From NCBI GenBank assembly GCA_963722735.1, contig CAVROH010000012.1, forward strand, positions 103,735 through 167,734: 64,000 bases of DNA. Direction: 5' to 3'. This DNA comes from an uncultured Chloroflexia bacterium (GTDB lineage Bacteria > Chloroflexota > Anaerolineae > Anaerolineales > UBA11579). A model generated the notes under the pieces. That model made no database searches and was not told the DNA's origin. It saw only the letters and a list, made by a program, of their open reading frames with translations. A program made the translations under genes and the position numbers. This document shows, piece after piece, positions 9,702 to 18,678 of this stretch. Each line of letters opens with the position of its first letter. Within the stretch, counting starts at the first letter, position 1.

Positions 9702-10498
9702 GCAGGTCTCCGCGCTGACCGCCCAGGTACTCTCCAGCCGCAAGTATGCTCACATCTCCACGGAACTGGCTGCCCGTCTGGTGGGAGAGGAATTAGCCAA
9801 GGGACGAAAGCCGAAGGAAATCATCAAAGCGGTGCGCAACAAGCTACACCAGGTCGGCGGGGCCTACCAGACCCAAGCGCCGCAGTACCACACCTGGCTG
9901 GAGTGGCTGCGGGAGGCGGGGTCGCCGGAGGAATTTGAAATTGGTCTGCCGGGAGGTGATGGGAGCGCATGCCTCCACCAAAGAACGCCTGCCGATCCTG
10001 GATGAGATCTACACCGGGATATTCAAATTGCTGCCGCCGGTACGCTCGGTGCTGGACGCGGCCTGCGGGCTGAATCCGCTGGCGCTGCCTTGGATGCCGC
10101 TGGGTGCGGATGCCCGCTATTATGCCTGCGATATCTATGCCGATATGGCCGCCTTCCTGAATGGGTTCTTTGAGCTGGTGCCGCAGGCGGGCAGGGCCAG
10201 TGTATGTGACCTGGCCGCGTCTTCGCCCGATCAGCGCGTCGACCTGGCGCTGGTGATGAAGTCGATCCCCTGTCTGGAGCAGATCGATAAGCAAGCCGGG
10301 GAGCGTCTGCTGGATGGGCTGCAGAGCCGCTATCTGGCGGTGTCTTTTCCGGCCAAGAGCCTGGGCGGGCGCAGCAAGGGGATGGTAGAGAACTACTCAG
10401 CCCGGTTTGAGGAACTGATCGCCGGGCGGGGGTGGCAGGTGCTGGGGGAGCTGGCATTTTCCACTGAGCTGGTCTTTGTGGTGGAATGTGAAGGATAG
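9694..10498 (+). CDS. 16S rRNA (guanine1405-N7)-methyltransferase, ArmA/Rmt/FmrO family, frame-interrupted at T-run 9934-9936
   Basis: ORFs 9694..10005 and 9935..10498 join. VLSSRKYAHIS...AVRNKLHQVGGAY, HASTKERL, LDAACGLNPLAL, MKSIPCLEQ and AVSFPAKSLGGRSKGMVENY parallel RmtB/ArmA motifs recalled from memory. The start overlaps the tgt stop (9694-9701). Confidence 0.75.
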
Positions 10499-10507
10499 GA
10501 GGATGAG

Positions 10508-11017
10508 ATGGGTAAAACCGCGTTATTGGTGATCGACGTGCAGAGGGGGATCTTTGAGCAGCGCACAAAGGTGTACAAAGCTGAGGAGATGCTGGCAAAT
10601 ATTAACCTGCTGGCGGAGAAAGCTCATCAGGCCAGTGCACCGGTGGTCTACATCCAGCACAGCAACGACAAGTTCCTGAAGTACGGCAGCGATCTATGGA
10701 AGTTCCATCCGGAGATCAAGCCTCAGTCCGGTGATCTGCATTTCCACAAGCTGCACGGCAACGCCTTCATCGAAACCGATTTAGAAGCCAAACTGCGCGA
10801 CCTGGGGGTCGAGCGGATTATGTGCTGCGGGCTGGTGACGCAAGGTTGTGTGCGGGCTACCTGCCTGGGCGGGCTGGATCTGGGATTTGAGGTCATGCTG
10901 GCTTCGGACGCGAACAGTACGTACAGTAAACCCGCCGAGAAGGTTATCGATCGCTGGCACAAGGAACTGGTAGAGGCGGGAGTGACCCTGCTAGTCAGCG
11001 AGGAAGTCTCTTTCTGA
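10508..11017 (+). CDS. isochorismatase-family cysteine hydrolase
   Basis: 169-aa ORF with ALLVIDVQ and CCGLVTQGCV (catalytic Cys context). Confidence 0.8.
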   Translation: MGKTALLVIDVQRGIFEQRTKVYKAEEMLANINLLAEKAHQASAPVVYIQHSNDKFLKYGSDLWKFHPEIKPQSGDLHFHKLHGNAFIETDLEAKLRDLGVERIMCCGLVTQGCVRATCLGGLDLGFEVMLASDANSTYSKPAEKVIDRWHKELVEAGVTLLVSEEVSF

Positions 11018-11602
11018 GAGGGCGGCGAGCAAGGGGGTGAGCAGGTCGGCCTCTGGGCGGACATCCAGGGTCAGCAGGCGGTGGTTGGGTATCCCTGCCA
11101 GCCATTCTTCCAAATAGGAATCCAACAACGGTAGATCCTCCAATGTGACGATTTGTTCGAGGTCAATTGTGCGGGCGCGGGCGCGCAGGCGGTCTTCCAG
11201 CAGGGAGAGCGGGGCGCGCAGCCAGACGATCAGGTCGGGGGCAGGCAGCCCGGCGCGCAGGGCCTGCTAGGTGCGCTGGCAGAGGGCGAACTCACGCTCG
11301 TCGAGGAAGCCCTTGTGGTGGAAGAGCCGGGTATAGAGGTGGTAATCCTGATCAAGGCCGCCGTCCTGCACCCCGGTGTTCTTCCCGGCACGGATCTGGC
11401 GCTCCTGTTCGGCGCGGCGCAGCAGGTAGTCGATCTGGTTGGGCTGGGCATAGCGCCTGACATCCTTTGAGAACAGCGTCTGATAGGGACGGTCTTCGTG
11501 GCTCTCCAGCCAGGGGGTGAAGCCAGTTTGCTGGCAAATGGCCTGGGCGAGGGTGGTCTTGCCGGAGGCGTTGCTGCCCACGATGGTGATCAATTTGCCC
11601 AC
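10991..11602 (-). pseudogene. deoxynucleoside kinase-like P-loop kinase with an in-frame TAG (11269-11267)
   Basis: ORF 11267..11602 (GSNASGKTT P-loop) stops at TAG. The same frame continues as QALRAGLPAPDLIVWLRAPLSLLEDRLRARAR... to the TAG at 10993-10991, including the dNK-type PDLIVWL...R..R.R lid motif. Confidence 0.7.
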
Positions 11603-12067
11603 CTATATCTCCTTGTTCTCTCCGGTCAAGCGGTAATCCAGTTCCCAGAGGGCGTTGCGGTTGCTGTCGAAGCGCAGCAGGCGCTGGGCGGTGGCATAGT
11701 CCACCCAGCGGAAGTCCTCATGCTCGGGGGAGAGCACGATCTCCTGATCCTGGGCATCTGCGCCGAAGGCGTATTCCGGGACGACGAGCACATCCGGTCC
11801 CCAGAGCATCCCGGCGGCCTGCGAGGCGGGGAGGGTGGCGGTGGAATCGAGGGGCAGGAAGTGTGTTTCAGGGGACAGCCCGCCTTCCTCCAAAGATTCG
11901 CGTACGGCAGCTTGCAGCGGGGTCTCATCGTCCTCGCCGCCGCCGGCGATCCCCTGCCAGAAATCCCCATAGCGCGGGCTGCGGCGGAAGAAGATCGCGT
12001 ATTCATAGACACCGTCTGCGGTGCGGCGGTAGGGAAAGACGAGAACCTGGAAGGGGGCGCGGGCCAT
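11603..12067 (-). CDS. NUDIX hydrolase
   Basis: Nudix box GGGEDDETPLQAAVRESLEEGGL. Abuts the kinase start and overlaps the CPBP stop, so the three form an operon. Confidence 0.8.
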   Translation of the reverse strand: MARAPFQVLVFPYRRTADGVYEYAIFFRRSPRYGDFWQGIAGGGEDDETPLQAAVRESLEEGGLSPETHFLPLDSTATLPASQAAGMLWGPDVLVVPEYAFGADAQDQEIVLSPEHEDFRWVDYATAQRLLRFDSNRNALWELDYRLTGENKEI

Positions 12068-12741
12068 TAGGATTTCCAGAAGAGATTGCGCAGCTGCTTA
12101 TCCCAATCGTAGTACATCATCACCAGCGAGGCGGTGTCGATGAAACCGTGTATCAGGATTACCAGCCACAGATTAAGCCCGGAGAGCACGAAGATGATGC
12201 TGATGACTGCCCCGATGGTGGCTGTGCTGATCACGCCGCTTTTGTCCTGGTACCAGTGGGCCAGCCCGAAGATGATGGATGTGATCAGGATGTTGAGGGT
12301 CAGCGCCAGCGGCTCGCTGCCGAGGAACTTGCTGATCTCGGTCATCAGGAAGCCGCGGAAGAGGATCTCTTCCAGGAAGGCAACGGTCAGCCAGACGATC
12401 AGAAGCAGCTGCACCAGGGCTTTGATATCGCCGCGCACCCCGTCCACCAGGCTGAGGTCGTGGGGGATGCCGGTGATCTTCTCGGCCAGCGGGTCGACCA
12501 GGATGGTGCTCAGAATCGAGATCCCGACCCCCAGCAGCAGGCTCAGCCCGATGGTGGCGAGCCAGTTTTCCTGGGCGCGGAAGCCGATCCCGGCGAAGCT
12601 GTTGTGTTTGAGGACAAAGGCGGCGATGATCCCGGCGGCGGATACCAGGATACCGATCCCCGGCACTTTTTTGATCCCGGAGAGGACCAGGGCGAGGGAC
12701 ATGGCCAGGACGATGAATAGGGCAATCAGGCTTTCGGACAT
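12067..12741 (-). CDS. CPBP-family intramembrane glutamic endopeptidase (CAAX protease-like)
   Basis: Polytopic 224-aa ORF with EEILFRGF, FGLAHW and HGFID motifs. Confidence 0.8.
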   Translation of the reverse strand: MSESLIALFIVLAMSLALVLSGIKKVPGIGILVSAAGIIAAFVLKHNSFAGIGFRAQENWLATIGLSLLLGVGISILSTILVDPLAEKITGIPHDLSLVDGVRGDIKALVQLLLIVWLTVAFLEEILFRGFLMTEISKFLGSEPLALTLNILITSIIFGLAHWYQDKSGVISTATIGAVISIIFVLSGLNLWLVILIHGFIDTASLVMMYYDWDKQLRNLFWKS

Positions 12742-12760
12742 GCATGCTCCTTATGCAGAA

Positions 12761-13984
12761 TCAGAACTCGAAGACGGCCTTGATCATCGGGTGGGATTTC
12801 TTATCGCGGATCTGGTGCAGGGCGGTTCCGTAATCATCCAGGGCGAAGCGGCGGTTGACCATCCAGCCGATATCCAGGGTGCCGGAGGCCATCAGCTCCA
12901 GGGTGATGTTGAAGGTGGAGCGGGTCTCGCCGCGCCAGTCTTCGGCGTGGTGGTAGATGTAGCTGGCGGTGACGGTCAGCTCGTTGTCGAAGATCGCCGT
13001 CCAATCGATGCCCTTGGCCATCCCGGGCACACCGACGATGGTGACTTTGCCCCCGGCTTTGGTCAGGCGGAAGGCGTCATCCAGGGTGCTGTCGGCGCCG
13101 ACGCACTCGAAGGTGTGATCCACGCCGCCTTTGAGGACGCGCTTGCCGATCAGCGGGGTGTAGAGCGCCCCATTGGTGCGCTCGGCGATCTGCTGGTAGA
13201 GGTCTCCACCGGTGAGGACTTCATCAGCGCCGAGTTTTTCGGCGGCTTGCGCCTGGAAGGGGTAGCGGGCGGTGATCAGGATCTTCGCCTTCAACCCGGC
13301 AGCCCGCAATGCGGCCAGCTGCATCAGCCCGATGGTGCCAGCCCCAATGATCAGGACGGTGTCGTCATCGTCGGGCATGTTCTGCAGGGCGGCGTGCAGG
13401 GCGCAGGCAAATGGCTCGACCAGCAGGGCGTTCTCGTCGCTGATCTGCTCCGGGACGCGGTAGAGTTGGGATTTATGGGCGGTGAGGGTCTGGCTCCAAC
13501 TGCCGCCGGTATCGGCGCACGAGCCGATCGACATTCCGGGGGCGAGATTCCCATGGGCGACGTTGGTGCAGCGGTTAGGTTCGCCTTTCCGGCAGTACTC
13601 ACACCAGTCTTCCTCGGCGTAGCCGCGCGGGGCGCACCACAGGGTCGGCTCGACGATCACGCGCTCGCCAACTTGCCAGCCTTCCACTTCGGAGCCGAGT
13701 AAGGCAATCGTGGCGACCATCTCGTGTCCCAGGGTGAAGGGGGAGGAGGAGAACGGCTCGTAGTAGGTGCTGGTGTGCAGGGTGATGGTGGACATATCGG
13801 TGCCGCAGATGCCCGCCAGCCGTGTGTTGAGCTTGACCCAGTCGGGGCCGGGGAGTTCGGGTTCAGGGATGTCTTTGTAGGACATGCACGAGATCCCGCT
13901 CCACAGCAGCGGGGGATAGAGCTGTCCGGCGGCTTTACCAATGATGTATTTGGGGATGGTTACGTCAAATTGGATTGCTTTCAT
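12761..13984 (-). CDS. zinc-dependent alcohol dehydrogenase family (MDR) oxidoreductase
   Basis: GICGTD, GHEMV and a Rossmann IIGAGTIGL. 407 aa. Confidence 0.8.
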   Translation of the reverse strand: MKAIQFDVTIPKYIIGKAAGQLYPPLLWSGISCMSYKDIPEPELPGPDWVKLNTRLAGICGTDMSTITLHTSTYYEPFSSSPFTLGHEMVATIALLGSEVEGWQVGERVIVEPTLWCAPRGYAEEDWCEYCRKGEPNRCTNVAHGNLAPGMSIGSCADTGGSWSQTLTAHKSQLYRVPEQISDENALLVEPFACALHAALQNMPDDDDTVLIIGAGTIGLMQLAALRAAGLKAKILITARYPFQAQAAEKLGADEVLTGGDLYQQIAERTNGALYTPLIGKRVLKGGVDHTFECVGADSTLDDAFRLTKAGGKVTIVGVPGMAKGIDWTAIFDNELTVTASYIYHHAEDWRGETRSTFNITLELMASGTLDIGWMVNRRFALDDYGTALHQIRDKKSHPMIKAVFEF

Positions 13985-14189
13985 AGTAATGATTAAAACA
14001 TAGAAAATAGGTTTGGGTTGCTAAAATCAGATGTGAGGGTTCCCAAGAATTCCACCATCCCGCCGGTTTCGCCGACACCTTCCCCTACTCTAGGGGAAAG
14101 GGATTCGCGCTCGGTGATAGCTAGCTGGCAATTGTTCTCCCCTTTTATCAAGGGGGAGGAAACCGGCATCAGCCGGAGGAGGGGTTTTT

Positions 14190-14827
14190 TTACAACTTCT
14201 CCAGCCGCTCTTCCAACTCCGTCCTCGAGCGGATATCGATCGGGGCGGTGAGGAAGCGGCGCAGATTGGCTTCGGAGTCGTCCGGGGTGTAGTGATTGCG
14301 GTACATCTCCACGATCGAGACGGTCTCGCCAGAATACGGCTCAAAGGTCACGGCGTCCCCGGGGCGGATCGTACCGGTGTGCAGCACGCGGCAGTACAAA
14401 CCGGGGCGTTCGGCGTCCCGGAATTTCTTGATGAACTGGGGATCTTCCATGCGGGCGGCGAACTTATTGCAGGGGATCCGTGGGGAGGTCACTTGCAGGC
14501 GGACCTCGCCGATCAGTGAGATAGTCACCGATATTGAAATTTCCGCTTTCCAGCCCGCTGATCGTCAAATTCTCGCCGAACAGGCCGGGTTCGACCGGCT
14601 GCCCCAGCGCCTCTGCCCAGAAGTCATAATCGGCCTGCCCGTAAATGTAGACCGCCTGGTCGGGGCCGCCATGGTGCTTCTGGTTGGCGATGAAATCCCC
14701 TTCGAGGCCGAGTTCCCCACGGTCACCGGGCTGGCGGCCGGGGTCTTGAAGATGCCGGTGTCCTGCTGCGGGTTTGGGTGGTATTGATCTTTTCATTCTT
14801 ACCGATATTGATGCTGATAATTCGCAT
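14190..14827 (-). CDS. MOSC-domain protein (YiiM-like), three frame breaks
   Basis: Four frame segments: [21 protein letters not shown] / [15 protein letters not shown] / [25 protein letters not shown]...NIGD / [16 protein letters not shown].... Breaks lie near 14758-14765, at the C4 run 14715-14718 and near 14525-14538. Two deletions and one insertion give 213 codons. Confidence 0.7.
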
Positions 14828-14829
14828 GG

Positions 14830-15939
14830 TTAAATCTCCATTTCAAATACACGGTAGCGGCGCAGCGGGGTGGCGTTGAGCTTCTTGATGGCGTTGACCA
14901 TCGGCCAGTTGTCTTCCAGCACGTAGTTGATCTCCATCCAGATATTTTTGGAATACAGCGATTCGTACAGGGCGCGGTACAGCAGGCTGTCAACGGCCTT
15001 GCCCTGGTATTCGGGGATCACCCCGAGCGCGAACATGCGGAAGCGGGTCAGACGGGGCAGCCCGTAGAGCAGCTTGAAGGCGCCGGTGGGGAAAAGCCGC
15101 CCGTTACCGCCCTTGAGCAGGGTGTTGATGTCTGGCAGGGCGATGGCAAAGCCGATCACCTCTCCGTGCTCGTCCTCGGCGAAGATCACGCCGCGCTCCT
15201 GGGCCACCAGCTTGAGGTCCTCCGCCATAGACTGCGCCTCGGCGTCGGTGACCGGGGAATAGCCCCAGTTATCGATGATTGAGTTGTTGGACAACGCCAG
15301 GATGTGCTTGACCTCGTTGTCGTAGTCCTTGAGGTTCATGTGCCGGATGCGCACTTTGTAGCGTTTGGCAACCGCATCGGTCAGGCGCATGATCCGTTCG
15401 GGGATCTCGTACTCGGCGCCGTCAATCTGCCAGCAAAGCATGTCCTGAACTTTCTCCAGGCCGAAAGCGGCGTAGTCCTCGTTGTAGTAGGGTGGGTTGT
15501 AAGGCCCCATGATCACCGGGGAGGGGGTGAAGCCTTCCACCACCGAGCCCCATTCCTGCGAGACAAAACTCCATGGGCCGCGCATCCGGGTGCAGCCTTT
15601 CTCCAGCAGCCAGTCGCGGGCGGTCTCCAGCAGCAGTCGGCCGGCAGCCGGGTCCTGGACGCATTCGTAATAGCCAAACAGCCCGATGCGCTCTCCCCAG
15701 TAGTCCATGGCGATATGGTCGATGAAGGCGGCGATCCGCCCGATGAGCACGCGGTTATCCTCCAGCAGAAAGAGTTGATAGGTACAGTGATCGAGGAAGG
15801 CGTTCTTGCGCGGGTTGAACGCCTTGCGCTGGTCAAAGCGTGGCAGCGGTACCCAGACAGGGTCGTCCTTGTAGTGATCGTATGGGAACTGGATAAATGC
15901 TCTCAGGTCGGATTTGCTTTCAACAGGTCGGATGCGCAT
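14830..15939 (-). CDS. GNAT-fold acyltransferase-like protein of unknown specificity
   Basis: Start chosen at the internal ATG 15939-15937 (MRIRPVESK...), which is preceded by AGGAGG. The 83-aa N-terminal extension of ORF 14830..16188 looks non-coding. Confidence 0.55.
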   Translation of the reverse strand: MRIRPVESKSDLRAFIQFPYDHYKDDPVWVPLPRFDQRKAFNPRKNAFLDHCTYQLFLLEDNRVLIGRIAAFIDHIAMDYWGERIGLFGYYECVQDPAAGRLLLETARDWLLEKGCTRMRGPWSFVSQEWGSVVEGFTPSPVIMGPYNPPYYNEDYAAFGLEKVQDMLCWQIDGAEYEIPERIMRLTDAVAKRYKVRIRHMNLKDYDNEVKHILALSNNSIIDNWGYSPVTDAEAQSMAEDLKLVAQERGVIFAEDEHGEVIGFAIALPDINTLLKGGNGRLFPTGAFKLLYGLPRLTRFRMFALGVIPEYQGKAVDSLLYRALYESLYSKNIWMEINYVLEDNWPMVNAIKKLNATPLRRYRVFEMEI

Positions 15940-16005
15940 GAAGTCCTCCTGGGTGGGGTTTTGTTCATTATAACCCTGGTTTATGACCATGGTTTTGATG
16001 AGAGC

Positions 16006-16034
16006 TTGAATCCGTCCCTGGGATGTTGTATAGT
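16006..16034 (+). promoter_or_regulatory. sigma-70-like promoter for the 16062-18599 operon
   Basis: TTGAAT (16006-16011), a 17-nt spacer and TATAGT (16029-16034). Confidence 0.45.
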
Positions 16035-16061
16035 TTAACCACACAGTCCGGAGGGAAGAAT

Positions 16062-17300
16062 ATGAATGGAAAGGGTTTACGTCAATCATTGTCCGTCTGT
16101 TTGCTTGCTGGGGGGATCCTGGCACTGCTGCTGGCCGGGGTATGGGCGCTGGAAGCCCGGGCGCAGGATCAAGGCCCGGTCTGCCCACCGGGATTCGAAT
16201 GGCAGCGCATGTCCGGGGTGGGCTGTGTGCAGTCGGACTGTTATGATGCCGGCGGGCGGTTATCTTACACCAGTGCCTGCATCTGCGAGGAGGGGATGAA
16301 AGATTGCTCCGAGCCGGTGGACTATGCCGATTTTGATCAGGCGCTTTGCGGTATCAACTGCCCCGGCTGGAGGCTGACCGCCTGCGTGCCGCAGGATGCG
16401 CTCTGCCCGGGAGAGGAAGCCCCGCAGCGGGAAGAGCCTTTCTATGAAGAGCCTTCCATGGATTGGGAAGCCCCGATGTTCGGCGGCGGCGAGTTCCGCG
16501 AAACTGTGGAGCATTTTATTCTTGGCGGGCATGCCTATCCGCCGACACCGGGGCGGGCAGCCGCCGCGGCCGTCACCGGCACAGTGATGATGGGGCTGTG
16601 GACATTTGTCCAGGGTATGGGACAGGGCACTGGTGGTGGAGGTTCCTCATTGGGCAAGAGCAGCGCTTCAAGTGGAGGTCAGTCTATTAAACGACCAGCC
16701 GGACAACAGGTAAGGGGGCAGCAGACCGGCAAAGCTGGCCTGGAGGCCCCAGCGGATGTAACGCCTTCAGAAAGGCCAAATCTTCGCGAGGCGGCAGGCG
16801 GGTTTGTCAATGATCTCTCTGATGTGATCGATAAATGGCCGGGCGGCGGCAAGGGGAGTGAGGATGCCCCCATTCTCCGGCCGATGGATTCGGATGCGGG
16901 CGGGGTGGTATTCAATGGCGAGAATGTCCGCCTGATCCTGATTGGGATGGGCAAGCTGCCGGTAAATACCGCCCAATCTGAGACGCTGTTGGTTGGAGAA
17001 GGCGGATTTACCGCGCTTGCTGGCAGGCATCCGGATGGGACCGAGCAGCAAATTACGCTGGTATCGGGGCTGGATATTTCGGTCTCCGAGGTGGTTTCAG
17101 TGGGGTATGAGGGAATTTCTCCCGGCCAGACTGGCACGGTTGAGATCGATTTTAGCCCGAAGCTGACTCTTATCGCCAGACTGGATTTTGAAGCCCCCAC
17201 AATACGGGCATCTGAGGTAGACCTTTTCGAGGCACCGACGATGATGCGCAAGGATATAACGGAAGATCAAGACGAAGAGGACGGGGAGGTGCAGTCATGA
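16062..17300 (+). CDS. secreted/anchored Cys-rich hypothetical protein
   Basis: GGAGGG precedes ATG 16062. A signal/anchor helix is followed by a Cys-rich module (about 14 Cys in about 90 aa) and a Gly/Ser-rich linker. Confidence 0.5.
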   Translation: MNGKGLRQSLSVCLLAGGILALLLAGVWALEARAQDQGPVCPPGFEWQRMSGVGCVQSDCYDAGGRLSYTSACICEEGMKDCSEPVDYADFDQALCGINCPGWRLTACVPQDALCPGEEAPQREEPFYEEPSMDWEAPMFGGGEFRETVEHFILGGHAYPPTPGRAAAAAVTGTVMMGLWTFVQGMGQGTGGGGSSLGKSSASSGGQSIKRPAGQQVRGQQTGKAGLEAPADVTPSERPNLREAAGGFVNDLSDVIDKWPGGGKGSEDAPILRPMDSDAGGVVFNGENVRLILIGMGKLPVNTAQSETLLVGEGGFTALAGRHPDGTEQQITLVSGLDISVSEVVSVGYEGISPGQTGTVEIDFSPKLTLIARLDFEAPTIRASEVDLFEAPTMMRKDITEDQDEEDGEVQS

Positions 17301-17767
17301 TCGCCACGGTCCTCGATATTGTCACGATCATTTTCTCGGTGGTCATTCTGGTGTTCACCGTGCTGATGTTAGCCTCTTACACCAAACCGAAGAAGTTCAG
17401 CCTTTCGGGCATCTTCTCATCAGTCGCCCTCAGCATGGGGACACTGTTGATCTTCCTGCTGGTGAGCGGGGCTCGGCTGAACCTGATTCTGGGCGTGGTG
17501 CTGTTCATCCTGGGGAGCATCTGGGGCGTGATCCGCGGGATGACGATCAAGATGTACCGTCAGGAGGGGGATGTGATCGTGCGCAACGCGGCTCTCACGC
17601 TGATCGGATACGGCGGGTCTCTGGCGCTTTCCTCGCTGATGAGCTCGTTCGATTCAGCCCTGCTGGCCGCTCTGGGCCTGATCCCGCTCTTCATGTCCAC
17701 TGGGACGGATGTGGGACTCAAATTCACCTTGCTCTTCCGACGGCTGATGATGGGAAAGTTGAGTTAG
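17297..17767 (+). CDS. hypothetical 4-TM membrane protein
   Basis: ATGA overlap with the upstream gene. Four hydrophobic helices. Confidence 0.5.
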   Translation: MIATVLDIVTIIFSVVILVFTVLMLASYTKPKKFSLSGIFSSVALSMGTLLIFLLVSGARLNLILGVVLFILGSIWGVIRGMTIKMYRQEGDVIVRNAALTLIGYGGSLALSSLMSSFDSALLAALGLIPLFMSTGTDVGLKFTLLFRRLMMGKLS

Positions 17768-17843
17768 GTTGACGCCAGGCAGGGAATAGATCCCTGGATT
17801 GACCGATTCCTTGAATAGCAAAGCTCTACCTTTAGGAGGAAAG

Positions 17844-18599
17844 ATGTCACATACAAAGTTTCGACTTACGATAACGATTTTATTTTTGCTTGCCTTGGCG
17901 TTTGGCTGCAATCTCCCCAGTATGATGAATGTAGAACCTCAGGGAAATATTGAGGATGCTGCGATTGCGAATTCAAGTGAGGAAGACACTGCCGGCGAAG
18001 CACAGCCAGATACGCTCCCTGAACCGGAAATGGAACCTCAACCTGAGCCAGCCGGTGCTGCAATCCCTGGGTTTGATACCACTGATCTGTGTAGTGTGGT
18101 ATCGCCAGAGATCGCCGAGCAGATATTGGGCCAGCCGGTTGAAGCGATTGAGGGGCCGGGCACCTGTCTGTATTCCAACGGCACAGCCTCCATTACCATC
18201 AGCCTGCTTGAGGGGGAGAGCGCAAAGAACTCGCTGGCATCCCAGATTTTACAGTTGGAGGCGGACTGCTCAATGTCGTTCTCGTATAGTTCCGACCAAC
18301 CCGACCCAACTCCGCTGCCTCCTGAGGCAGATCCCTTGCTGGCAATGAGCTTGCCGGAGTTGACGGAAAAGTCACTTGCTTTGCAGCAGAGCTGCGGCGG
18401 CCCGGCATACGAGCCACTGACTGAATATGGCCCCGGGGTCTATCTGGTGCCCTTTGAGTTGTTCATGCCTGGTGGGCAGGCCTCAATCGTGACAGCGGAT
18501 TACTCCCTGTCGATCCTGTATACCGATATCAATGCGGATACAGATGCGGCAGTTGAGGTTGCCCGGCAGCTTTTGGGACTGGTGGCTGCTGGAGAGTAG
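17844..18599 (+). CDS. hypothetical lipoprotein
   Basis: AGGAGG precedes ATG 17844. Lipobox LLALAFGC. Acidic Pro/Glu-rich linker. Confidence 0.55.
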   Translation: MSHTKFRLTITILFLLALAFGCNLPSMMNVEPQGNIEDAAIANSSEEDTAGEAQPDTLPEPEMEPQPEPAGAAIPGFDTTDLCSVVSPEIAEQILGQPVEAIEGPGTCLYSNGTASITISLLEGESAKNSLASQILQLEADCSMSFSYSSDQPDPTPLPPEADPLLAMSLPELTEKSLALQQSCGGPAYEPLTEYGPGVYLVPFELFMPGGQASIVTADYSLSILYTDINADTDAAVEVARQLLGLVAAGE

Positions 18600-18625
18600 A
18601 TCATTAAATTGCCAGATAAATCAGA

Positions 18626-18656
18626 TAAAAAACGCCCCCACTTAAAAGTGGGGGCG
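18626..18656 (-). terminator. intrinsic terminator of thrS
   Basis: 11-bp stem CGCCCCCACTT/AAGTGGGGGCG (18633-18656), followed on the minus strand by a T6 run (A-run 18627-18632). Confidence 0.65.
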
Positions 18657-18678
18657 AAATCGTTTCATCAGGGTTTGC

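Noticed and set aside
11267-11269. In-frame TAG as pyrrolysine or another form of stop-codon recoding.
   Set aside because: TAG terminates several ordinary genes in the window. No pyl genes or recoding signals are visible. A nonsense mutation or a base error is simpler.
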